DNA of 20,000 nucleotides from Chiloscyllium plagiosum (taxonomy: Eukaryota): assembly GCF_004010195.1 (NCBI RefSeq), contig NC_057720.1:24665131-24685130 (forward strand), given 5' to 3'. The position numbers and the translations under genes were made by a program. Below are positions 10,160-20,000 of this stretch, piece after piece. Positions within the stretch are counted from its first letter, which is position 1. The number at the start of each line of letters is the position of its first letter. The notes under the pieces are model-generated. The model was not told the origin of the DNA, ran no database searches, and saw only the letters and a program-made list of their open reading frames with translations.

Positions 10160-10438
10160 ATATCATAAAACACAGCATGGAAGCAGGCCATTTGGCCCAA
10201 GTCCACACCTACCCTCCAAACACTAACCCTGCCAGACCCATTCCCCTAACCTGCACATCCCTGAACACTATCAGCAATTTCACATTCACCTAATCTGCAC
10301 ATTTAGACTGTGGGAGGAAACCCATGCAGACACTGGGAGAATGTGCAAACTTCACACAGGCAGTTGCCCAAGGCTGGAATCAAATCCAGGTCCCTGGTGC
10401 TGTGAGGCAGCAGTGCTAACCACTGAGTCACTGTGCTG
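10160..10438 (-). mobile_element. HE1-type SINE, diverged
   Basis: Homologous to 441-762; minus-strand head CAGTGACTCAGTGGTTAGCACTGCTGCCTCACAGCACCAGGGAC. Confidence 0.85.
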
Positions 10439-10527
10439 TCATATGCCCAAGTGTTACTTTGGATGGATGAGTTGAGCTGGGCTAGATATCCTTTGTGAGT
10501 ATGTTGTGAACAAATACTGGCATAATT

Positions 10528-10810
10528 GGCACGGTGGCTCAGTGGTTAGCACTGCTGCCTTACAGCACCAGCTTCCCAGGTTCAATTCCAGCCTCGGGCG
10601 ATTGTCTGTATGGAGTTTGCACATTCTCCCTGTGTCTGTGTGGGTTTCTTCGCACAGTCCAAAGATGTGCAGGCCAGGTGAATTGGCCATGTTAAATTGC
10701 CCATAGCATTAGGTGCGTTAGTCAGAGGGGGGGTGGGTTGCTCTTTGGAGGGTCGCTGTGGACTGGTTGGGCTGAAGGGCCTGTTTCTACACTGTAGGGA
10801 ATCCAATCTA
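10528..10810 (+). mobile_element. HE1-type SINE, full length with internal deletions
   Basis: A box TGGCTCAGTGG 10535-10545, B box GGTTCAATTCC 10579-10589, conserved core, tail ...ACACTGTAGGGAATCCAATCTA. Confidence 0.92.
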
Positions 10811-12436
10811 TAATGGTTGAGATCCTCCTGCCGCAAGTGAAGGTTTGCCGTTAGCAGGTTTTGTGGGTGAAATTGCAACAATGGGACTGTATAATAGGCT
10901 CACAGTAAAGCACTAACATGCATACATGGCACATGATTCTCAAAAGTACTTACATTTACATCAATTTTGTCCCATTGTCAATTTTATTATAATCACATTC
11001 TATTCTGGTGCTTATATATACTTTAAGTTTTAGTACTAAAATTGCTTTGCATAGTAGACATTACAGTGGGAAGCAAAAATCAACAGAATCTTTACATTTG
11101 TTCATCAAGAATATTGATACAAAACTGTAAACCATTTAGATTCTTAAAAGTTATATCACACAGAGAGACCTGAGGGCTCCAATGCTTCTCACTACTCATA
11201 ATGATCAATTTAATGTTAAATCATTCTATATTGTTGCTCAGGAGTCAGTAGATTTTTCTGGGATTACTGATACACTACAATGCAATTACATTCCCCCCGC
11301 CCCCTTGTATGAAGCAATCATCCTGAATAATATTATGCACCCGAGAGGAGAAAGTCTTCGACTTTTATAGAATGGGAAAGATCTTGTGCAGTTTATCCGT
11401 GTTGCAGGTATTGAATTATTCCTCCAAATATCCATTTACTGTCACCAAGTACATATTGTGGAATGTGCAAAACATGTTCATGAGGACTGAAGCTATCGCT
11501 GAAATCAGTGTTCTTATCTGTACAGAATTACAAACAACTAATGAAATCATTTCCTGTAAAATTAACAACATTGCATGATGCTCATAAAATAAAATTTGTC
11601 CCCTTTAGTTTGCTCAATACAGGGAGGAATAATTCAATACCTGCAACACGGGTAAACTGCACAAGATCTTTCCCATTCTATAAAAGTCGAAGACTTCCTC
11701 CTCTCGGGTGCATAATATTATTCAGGATAATTGCTTCATACAAGGGGGCGGGGGGGAATGTAATTGCATTGTAGTGTATCAGTAATCCCAGAAAAATCTA
11801 ATGACTCCTGAGCAACAATATAGAATGATTTAACAACAAAGATCTTTGAGTAGTGAGAAGCATTGGAGCCCTCAGGTCTCTCTGTGTGATTTAACTTTTA
11901 AGAATCTAAATGGTTTACAGTTTTGTATCAATATTCTTGATGAACAAATGTAAAGATTCTGTTGATTTTTGCTTCCCACTGTAATGTCTACTATGCAAAG
12001 CAATTTTAGTACTAAAACTTAAAGCATATATAAGCACCAGAATAGAGTGTGATTATAATAAAATTGACAATGGGACAAAATTGATGTAAATGTAAGTACT
12101 TTTGAGAATCATGTGCCATGTATGTATGTTAGTGCTTTACTGTGAGCCTATTATACAGTCCCATTGTTGCAATTTCACCCACAAAACCTGCTAACGGCAA
12201 ACCTTCACTTGCGGCAGGAGGACCTCAACCATTATAGATTGGATTCCCTACAGTGTGGAAACAGGCCCTTCAGCCCAACCAGTCCACAGCGACCCTCCAA
12301 AGAGCAACCCACCCCCCCCTCTGACTAACGCACCTAATGCTATGGGCAATTTAACATGGCCAATTCACCTGACCTGCACATCTTTGGACTGTGCGAAGAA
12401 ACCCACACAGACACAGGGAGAATGTGCAAACTCCAT
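10610..12436. repeat. Long inverted repeat: arms 10610-11425 and 11623-12436, 197-bp spacer
   Basis: Manual base-by-base comparison found about 11 substitutions, two 1-bp homopolymer indels and one 15-vs-11-nt replaced patch over ~815 bp. Confidence 0.97.
12235..12436 (-). mobile_element. Headless copy of the 10528-10810 SINE (outer end of the right IR arm)
   Basis: Shares the same internal deletions as the left copy and lacks the A/B boxes. Confidence 0.9.
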
Positions 12437-12583
12437 GATAGGGTACGCAAAAACTAACATGGTTATAATATAGCTGTGGTAATGTTAACATTAATGATAC
12501 ATACTGCCAATAAGTAGCAGTTGTACTGGGCCATGACCATCTCCAACATGAGAGAATCTAATCACAGCCGCTTGTCATTTAAT

Positions 12584-13600
12584 CACAGAATCACCCACAT
12601 TCTGGGGAGCAGAGGGAGTCCATTTGGCTCATCATGTCTGGACTAGCTCTCTGAGCTTTTTGACTCATTGCCAATCGCTTATCTTTTCCCCATAGTCTTG
12701 CATGCTGTTTTTGTTTAAATAAGAATCTAATGCCCTTTTGAATGCCTCAGTTGAACCTGCCTCCAGCACACTTCCTGGCAGTGCATTCCACATGTTTAGT
12801 ACTCTTTGAGGGAAAATGTTTTTTTCTCACATCACATTTTCTTCTTTTGTAAAACATTTTAAATCTGTACCCTTTCCCCATCCCTGATCCTTTTACGAGC
12901 AGAAACGCCTTCTCTATCCAGGTCTGTTCTGATTTTGTAAACTCCTGTCAAAGTTGCTGTTAGCCTTCTTCTCTCCAAGCAAAACCATCCCAACTTCTCT
13001 AACCTATTCTTATATTTGTAGTTTCCTATTTCTGGAACCATTCTTGTAAACCTCTTTTGCATTCTGTCCAAACCATTGACATTCTTTCTAAAATTTGGCA
13101 CCCACACTGTACATAGTGTCTTATATAAATTTAATGTAACCTCTTTGTTCTTGAAATTTATACCCCTAGTAATGAAGCCTAGGATATGCTATGCTTCATT
13201 GACAGCTGTCTCTACCTGTTCTGCCACCTTTAAAGACCCAGGTCTCTCTGGTCCGGCAAATAATTGAATATAGTATCTCCATCTTCTTTTGTTAAGACTG
13301 TATCATCTCACATTTCTCAACATTGAACTCATCTGCCACCTGTCTGCCCATTCACCACCTTGTCTATGCCCTTTTGGAGTTCTACTTTGGAGTGTAGTTT
13401 GTGCTGTCCATGTAGGAACTTTGGTCCTGAGAAAACGCTGTCTAATTTTTACTGTATCAGTTGCATATGGTAGAAATGGCAAATAAAAAGCTATTCTACT
13501 CTACTCTACACTGTCTTCCTCACAGTTTAAAATGCTCCCAAATTTTGTTTTGTTCACAACTTTAAAGTTGCCTCCTACATGTTGAGATCTAGGTCATTTA
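12584..13600 (-). mobile_element. 5'-truncated CR1-type LINE remnant
   Basis: ORF 12859..13107 WVPNFRKNVNGLDRMQKRFTRMVP...RLEKLGWFCLERRRL...VYKI is the CR1 RT C-terminal signature; 3' tail near 12584. Confidence 0.85.
13386..13509 (+). mobile_element. Short LINE 3'-end fragment nested in the CR1
   Basis: Ends aataaaaagctattctactctactctac (polyA signal plus CTACT microsatellite tail); tctac occurs at both junctions. Confidence 0.55.
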
Positions 13601-14594
13601 TAATGGCATTATCATCACAGAACCTTCCATTATCAATATCCTGATAGCTGTCATTGGCTAAAAGCTGAACTAGAATAGCCATATAAATACCATGGATACA
13701 AAGAGTATGATGTAAGCTAGGAATGAATAACTCACCTCCAGTTTCACCAAGGTTTGTCTACTATCTACAAGTTAAAGTCAGGAGTATAATGAACACAACT
13801 GTGCACTTACCTGGATGAGTGCAACTGCAACAAACACTCAAGAAGCTTGAAGCCATTCAGGACAAAGTATCTGTTTGATTGGCATCCCATTCACAACCTT
13901 CAACATTTACTTCCTTTACCACAACGAACAGAGGCAGCGATGTGTACGATCTACAAACATACACTGCTATAACTCACTACAATCAAATCTTTTAAAGCTG
14001 CAAGCTCTACCCACCTCATTTAGCAAAGGCAGCAGAAGTATGGGAACATCAACAGTTTTGAGTTTCCCTCCAAGCCATACACCATGCTGTGTCTGAACTA
14101 TATCCCCATTCCTTCACTGCCAGTGAGTCAAAATCCTGCAATCCACTTCCTTACAGCACTCAGGGTGTACCTACCTCCCAGAACTGCAGCAGTTCAAGAA
14201 GGCTGTTCACCACCACCTTCTCTGGATTATTAAGAATGGGCCTAAATGTTGGCGCAGGCAGTGATACCAACATGCTAAGAATGAATAAAAGAATTCCACG
14301 TGCTATTTGTTACTAGCTGACAACAATGGATATTTTCATTTCTATGCTTGTTTGATGAACTCTGGAAACAGAAACATTGATTATTCAAAGGGCCATATAA
14401 GATGTTGTGAGGGTGGGATGTTTCATAGGAAAGAGGTGGACAAAGTGGCTGGGAAACAGGAAAAATACCAGAGCCCTTAATTTCCCTTCCTATATCTGGC
14501 CCATTCCCTCATTGACCCCTACCTGTCTACCTGGTCTGATTGAAATCTGGACTTAGCTGAGTTTCCTGCAATATGGCTTTTCTTTATTGGAGCT

Positions 14595-15098
14595 GGGTCC
14601 ACAGGAACCGACTGGACCTCCCAGTCACCGCCCATTTCAATTCCCCCAACCACTGCCTTTCTGACATGACTACCCTTGGCCAAAACAAACCACAGCTCCT
14701 ATTGGAGGAACAACACCTTATCTTCCGCCTGGGCACCCTACAGTCTGGAGGACTCAACATTGAGTTCTCCAATTTAAAATAACACCCCTCCCCAACACCA
14801 GACTCCCTTCCCAACCCTTTCGCCTCCCTGCCATTCCTCCCAGCCACCAATCGGATTCACTCCTTTCATTGACCAACCAGGTCGTACCCTCTACCTGTCT
14901 TCACCTGTCTCCCCTTCACCACCCAGTCCCTACCTCCCCATTTCTCTGCAGCTCCCCCACACCCACCCCCTGTCCTGAAGAAGGGTTACACTCGAAACGT
15001 CAATTTCTTCACCTCCTGATGGTGCCTGGCTTGCTGTGTCCTTCCAGCATCCTGCCTGTCTACTTTGGATTCCAGCATCTGCAGCTTTTTTGTCTTTT
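14595..15098 (+). mobile_element. Penelope-like element 3' remnant (GIY-YIG C-terminus, pLTR, HHR-like motif at ~14971-15003)
   Basis: ORF 14573..14782 LPVTAHFNSPNH...LEEQHLIFRLGTLQSGGLNIEF is homologous to 7551..7778; CTGAAGA-agggttacactc-GAAA-cg-TC; tail ttccagcatctgcag. Confidence 0.88.
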
Positions 15099-15261
15099 TT
15101 ATTAGAGACTGGCTATAGTTATAACTGTGGCTACTGCTCTCAATGATGCTGCTCGGACTAGATGGCCAACAATTGTGGGAGGGGCATCTCACTCTGAGCC
15201 AAGTACTAGTCTGTCGGCGGGCAAGCCTTCACTTAAAACTCTCCCACAATGAGTGTGCAAC

Positions 15262-15645
15262 AAAGTGACAGGTGAAGTATAATGTAGGGAGGTATGAGGG
15301 TATTCGCATTCTTCATGAGACTAGAAAAGCAAAATTCCTGCTAAAAATTGAGGAAATTGGAAATGTTGGTCTTCAGATAGATTGGAAAGTACTCAGATAA
15401 ATAGCACAGAAAGCGAGTATGCAGCACGGCAAAGATTTAGAAGTTAAATTGCAAGGGCAATTCATTAAAGGGCACCATAGCATAAAATTAATGAAGTCGT
15501 GCTCCAAGGCCTTGTTAAGGCTACACCTGCAATAATAAAGTTTTGATCTCCATATCTAAGGAAGAATACACTCACCTTGAAAACATAATGGCAAATGTTC
15601 TCTAAATTGAAGCTTCAAATGAGAAGCCGGTCCTATAAAGAAAGA
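15262..15645 (+). mobile_element. Highly decayed CR1-type RT fragment
   Basis: aagtgacaggtgaagtataatgtagggaggtatgag resembles W(Q)M.FNV.KCEV; aaggccttgttaaggctacacctg resembles KALVRPHLE. Confidence 0.6.
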
Positions 15646-15654
15646 CCAATTTTT

Positions 15655-15850
15655 TTTATTCATTTATGGGATGTGGGTATTGCCAGCAAAGCCAGCATTT
15701 TATGCTCATTCCAACTGTCCTTGAACTGAATGGCTTGCTCATCCATGTCAGAGGCTGGTTATGAGTCTGAAGTCACATGTAGGCCAGACCAGGTAAGGTT
15801 GGTAAATTTCTTTTCCTAAAGGATTTTAGTGAGCGACTGTTTTTTACAAG
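15655..15850 (-). mobile_element. Partial SINE (same family as 2255-2582)
   Basis: gtcacatgtaggccagaccaggtaagg and ttcatttatgggatgtgggtattgc match 2255-2430. Confidence 0.75.
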
Positions 15851-17324
15851 GATGGCTGCAGGTTGAGGTAGTAAAGAATTTAGTTCACTTAGTGAATTCT
15901 GTGCAGCTGTGGGTTCCAGGTAAATTGGATCTGAGAGATTGTTTACAAGTGAAGCTGTTTGGTCCCCAGTCCAAAAACCAATGATCGAAGACAAAGCTTC
16001 TCTGCCCGTCAACAACTATGTGATTGGTTGTCAGGTAGCTGAACAGCTTGGGCTGTGAACAAGACAGAACTTTGTCAAACGAGAAGAGAGGATCAGAGCA
16101 GCAGCCAGAAAACTCTCTCAGTTCTCTACATTAAACCACTTTAAGCTGAAGTAAACCAGCTTTTCTTTTCCTTTAATGGATCCCGCAATTTGTAGGTTGA
16201 ATCAAATAAGAGACCTTTCAAAAAATGAAACAGCCACCTTGTGCCTCATGCAAACCAGTGGAAGAAATTCAGAAAAAGGATGATCAAGGAGAAATCTTCA
16301 GATAACAAGAAACAGTTTTCCAATGCTTATGTGTTTCTTTTTGTTCTGTTTTTGCATGTCTGTCTGTGTGTATATAAAGGGGAGATTATATGGAGCTTAA
16401 AGTTTTAATTTTTTGAATGTACCTAATTTAGTTTATTTATTTACTGGTGGCTAGAATCTGTAATAAATAGTGATTCATGTTAAGTACAGAAACCTGGTCA
16501 GTGTTTTCAGTCAACCTGGTTCTCAAGAACAGTAGTTTGGAGCTTTTTTTATATTTCTTTGAAATACTTTAACTTTGTGATGACATTGGGAATACTAGGG
16601 TTTGATTTCTAGTGCGCTATCCCAGTGAATGTTTCTACATTATGTTTCTACATCCAATTCTTCCGTGCTTCATCTTGGTTCAGCTGTTTGAATTAAATAT
16701 TTGGCATTTGGCCCTATATTTCAGCTGGTGTTTGAGTATATACGGCATTCATCAGCTCTACCCTGAGTCAAGTGACAGAGTCACTTATATCACAGCTGAA
16801 AATTCCAAGACATGCCAACAAGAAGATAATCATTATTATTGGTAAAACAGAATTGTAGATAAAACATAAACTCTTGAAACTGATCTGGCTCATACTATTT
16901 TCCAGACACTGCATAAGTTTTGATTGCCCTCATTAATAAAATTCTTAAATGGTGATATATTGTACATAAGGATAGTTATGGAATTTTCCCTGAGATTAGT
17001 GGGCTTTTTCAATAAATATTACAAAACTTGTGTACTTGTGTATAAATCGAATTGGTGTGTTCCTGTATTGTCCCAAACATCTGGTCATTGTGGAAGCTGT
17101 AGAGGGAACTAATTGCTTATTGCTGGGTCACTTAGATTGAAAATGTACCCATAGTCCCTTTTATGTCAATCGGACTTAAACTCTGCCCTTAGTTTATCAA
17201 GATCCAGGGTCTGATTTTCTGAGCAGTAGTAATCTCAGGCAGTTTGGCAAACCATGTCCCTTTTCAGAGCAGTCAGCTGTTGTATTCTGAAAGTTTAAAA
17301 TCCTGACAGCTGCAGTCAAACTAT

Positions 17325-18628
17325 ACATAACCATAGAAACAGAAAAAAATAAGACCAGGAATAGACTATGTGGCCATTCAAGCCTGCTCTGCTATTCATT
17401 CCAATCATAGCTGATCATCCAACTCAGTAGTTTGCTCTGGCTTTTCCCACCTATCCTTTGATCTCTTTAGCCCTAAAGGCTTTTTCCAACTCCTTCTTGA
17501 AATCTTAATATGCTTTGACTTTGACTGTTTTCTGTCGTAGTGAATTTCACAGGCTCACTACTTTCTGGGTGAAGAAATTTTCCTGGCTAGACAGGGCAGT
17601 TAATAAGGTGTTTAGCACACTTGTCTTCATTAATCAGACCTTTAAGGTTTGGGATGTAATTTTGAGGTTGTACAGGATGTTGGTGAGGCCTCTTCTAGAA
17701 TACTGCGTGCCATTCTGGCCGACCAGCTATAGGAAGAATATTATTAAGCTATGGATTCAGAACAGTTGGTTCAGAAAAGATTTAACAGGATGTTTCCATG
17801 AGTGAAGAGTTTGAGTTATAGGGAGAGGCTGGATAGACTGGGACTATTTTCAATGGAACGTAGGAGGTTAAGGGGTGACCTTATAGATGTTTATAAAATC
17901 GGGAGGATATAGATTGGGTTAATGGTAGGTGTCTTTTCCCTAGGGTTGAGGATTTCAAAACTAGGAGGCATATTTTTAAGGTGAGAGGAGAAAGATTTTA
18001 AAAAGATATGAAGGGCAACCTTTTGTACACAGAGAATCATTTATATGTGAACTTCCCGAGGAAGTGATGGATGCAGGTACGGTTACAACATCTAACAGAC
18101 ATTTAGATAAGAACATAAATAAATGTTTGGAGGGATATGAGCCAAGTGCAGGCAGGTGGGACTAGTTTACTTTGGGATTAAGATTTGTATGGATTGGTTC
18201 AACCAAAGGGTCTGTTTCTGTGCTGTACAGCTCTATGACTCTATAACTCCAAATCCTTAAATGTTGGTCCCTGGCTCTGGACTCCCTTGTGATTAGGAAC
18301 ACCCTTCCTGCATCTACCCTGTCAAATCTTGTTGTAATTGTATAACCTTCCAGGGGATACCCTCTCGTTCTTCTGAACTCCTGCAATGTAATCCTCATCT
18401 GTTCAACCTCGCTTCATATGTCAGTCCTGCCATCTCAGGTATCAGTCTGGTAACCATTCACTGCAATCCCTCTATTCCAAGAAGATCCTTCCTCAGATAA
18501 GGAGATCATAACTGCATGCAATATTCCAGGTGTTGCCTCACCAAGAGCCTGTATAATTGCAATCAGTCATCCCTGCTCCTGCACTCGAATCCCCTAGCTA
18601 TGAAGCCCAAAATGCCATTTGCCTTCCT
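17325..18628 (-). mobile_element. CR1-type LINE remnant split by a nested opposite-strand CR1; pieces 17325-17584 and 18250-18628
   Basis: 3' tail at 17325 (catagaaac...ggccattcaagcctgctctgctattca). The minus strand of 18250-18628 encodes decayed CR1 RT C-terminus (LYRLLVRQHLEYCMQL*SPYLRKD). Confidence 0.8.
17585..18249 (+). mobile_element. 5'-truncated CR1/HER1-type LINE
   Basis: LRLYRMLVRPLLEYCVPFWPTSYRKNIIKL; ERRRLRGDLIDVYKI; tail gctgtacagctctatgactctataactc. Confidence 0.9.
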
Positions 18629-18716
18629 GTGGATTGAAGAGTGAGACTTTAGCTCAGGAGTATTTGACAAGGAGGTTGAGTGAAGTGATTACGCCAAAGT
18701 TAAAGAGGGTGAAGAC

Positions 18717-19642
18717 ATGACTGCCAAGCTGGTTCAGTGCGCTACGTGCTTGATGTGGGAGGTCAACGACTCTGGTGTGTCTGGCTCGTATAAGTGTGGA
18801 AAGTGTGTGCAAGTTCAGCTACTGACAGAGCATATTGCAGCACTGATGAAAGAACTTGAGGACCTTAGGCTCATCCGAGAGAACGAGATCTTTCTGCACA
18901 AGACCTTCAGCGAGGTTATTACACTGATCATACCAGAAAAGAGCAGAAGAGAGCAGACGATGAGGAAGGCAGAGAGGAGACAGGTACAAGAGACCCCGAG
19001 GGAAATACCTGTCAGGAACAAGTTGAATCTTTTGGAAACAGTAGAGACAGATGACACTGCCAGTCCGCGAGGTGGCCAGGTCTGTCAATCAAAGGTTGGC
19101 GCGGAGGCAGAGCGGAAGAGTCGGACATCGCGCAGAGCCGTGGTAATAGAGGATCCCATAAAGAGAGGAACTGACCGGGGTTTTTGTGGCAGCAGGCAGG
19201 ACTTAAGGATGGTTGTTGCCTTCCTGGTGCCAGGGTTAAAGACATCACAGACAGAGTGCAGGAAATCCTCAAGGACGAGGGTGAAGAGCCAGAGGTGGTG
19301 ATACATGTCGGCACAAATGATGTCGGGAAGGAGAGGAGGAACACACTACAGCGGGACTTCAGAGAACTAGGAAGAAGGCTGAAAAGCAGGATGTCCAGGG
19401 TAGTTATCTCCGGTTTGCTTCCAATTCCTCGGGCTGGTGAGGCCAGAAACAGGGAGATAATGGACTTGAATGTGTGGCTGGGGAACTGGTGCAGGAAGCA
19501 AGGATTTAAATTCTTGGATCACTGGGGTATGTTTTGTGGTAAGCATAAATTATACAAGAGAGATGGTTTGCACCTTAATAGGTTAAGGACCAGCATTCTG
19601 GCAGGCAAGTTTGCTACTGCTGCACAGCTACGTTTAAACTAA
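18717..19642 (+). pseudogene. LINE ORF1 (N-terminal CxxC..CxxC, coiled coil, SGNH/GDSL esterase domain) with a 1-bp frameshift near 19213
   Basis: CATC..CGKC; helical LLTEHIAALMKELEDLRLIRE; VVIEDPIKRG (degenerate GDS block); then in a shifted frame CCLPGARV, VIHVGTND, DGLHLN. Confidence 0.88.
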
Positions 19643-19815
19643 GTAGCGGGGGGGAAGGGACAAACTGGATGTTTAAGAATGAAATTGAAGGAAAGTTAGA
19701 ACAAGGGAAGTCAAGGAAGACAACTGTATCAATGAGGCAGAAAACTCAAAAAGGGATCATGCTGTAAGGTTGAGTGAAATAGGAGTTGATGGGAAGGGTG
19801 AGGGCAGTAACAAAA

Positions 19816-20000
19816 TTTAAAATACTATACATGAATGCACGAAGCATTAGAAATAAGATGGATGAGCTTGAGGCTCTTTTGGAAATTGGCAGGTACGATA
19901 TTGTGGGGATAACTGAGATGTGGCTTCAAGTGGACAGGGCCTGGGAAATGAAAATTCAAGGCTACACGTGCTATCGTAAGGACAGACTGACAGGCAGAGG
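19816..20000 (+). CDS. LINE ORF2 N-terminus, apurinic-like endonuclease (partial; intactness unknown)
   Basis: FKILYMNARSIRNKMDELEALLEIGRYDIVGITEMWL...IQGYTCYRKDR has APE motifs NARS and GITE(T)W; open to the window end. Confidence 0.85.

Larger units (their letters stand above)
12525..14290 (+). mobile_element. Old non-LTR LINE 3' region (RT C-terminus and tail), split by a nested CR1; pieces 12525-12583 and 13601-14290
   Basis: atgaccatctccaacatgagagaatctaa...cttgtcatt resumes as aatggcattatcatc after ~1 kb. Degenerate coding similar to YK.QVRS.MEY...KKL..IQDK; ends aatgaataaaa like the tail of the SINE at 2255. Confidence 0.7.
18629..20000 (+). mobile_element. 5' part of a (near) full-length CR1-type LINE running off the window
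   Basis: Short 5' region followed by ORF1 and the ORF2 start in the canonical order; interrupts the older minus-strand CR1. Confidence 0.88.

Noticed and set aside
10528..10600. tRNA gene
   Set aside because: A and B boxes continue directly into SINE core and tail; this is a SINE head
10610..12436. Long IR as a DNA transposon/MITE or as a pure read-chimera artefact
   Set aside because: No TSD, the end falls mid-SINE and there is no transposase. Arms differ by mostly transition substitutions, unlike a read fold-back artefact. Haplotype misassembly is not fully excluded.
15990..16635. Possible decayed solo LTR
   Set aside because: Only vague resemblance; no definable TG..CA ends or TSD
1..20000. 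CRISPR array, prokaryotic operon or defence system
   Set aside because: No regularly spaced repeats or dense coding; the content is vertebrate retroelement DNA

Overview
Repeat-dense eukaryotic intergenic or intronic DNA, almost certainly from a cartilaginous fish (shark). This is inferred from HE1-type tRNA-derived SINEs, CR1/HER1-like LINEs and shark-type Penelope-like elements (PLEs), recognised from memory of these families and not from a database search. No intact host gene is recognisable, and the informative ORFs are retroelement remnants. Main points: (1) a recent ~815-bp inverted duplication (10610-11425 / 11623-12436, ~98% identical, 197-bp spacer) whose outer breakpoint lies inside a SINE. 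(2) Three PLE insertions (4645-4924, 5214-5412, 7295-8737) share one fold-back architecture: 13-17-bp target-site duplication (TSD), inverted arms and a 30-35-nt unpaired tail. (3) These PLE termini carry minimal hammerhead-ribozyme (HHR) motifs. (4) There are multi-level nested LINE insertions. (5) The window ends in the 5' part of a CR1-type LINE with a frameshifted zinc-finger/SGNH-esterase ORF1 and the start of an APE-endonuclease ORF2.
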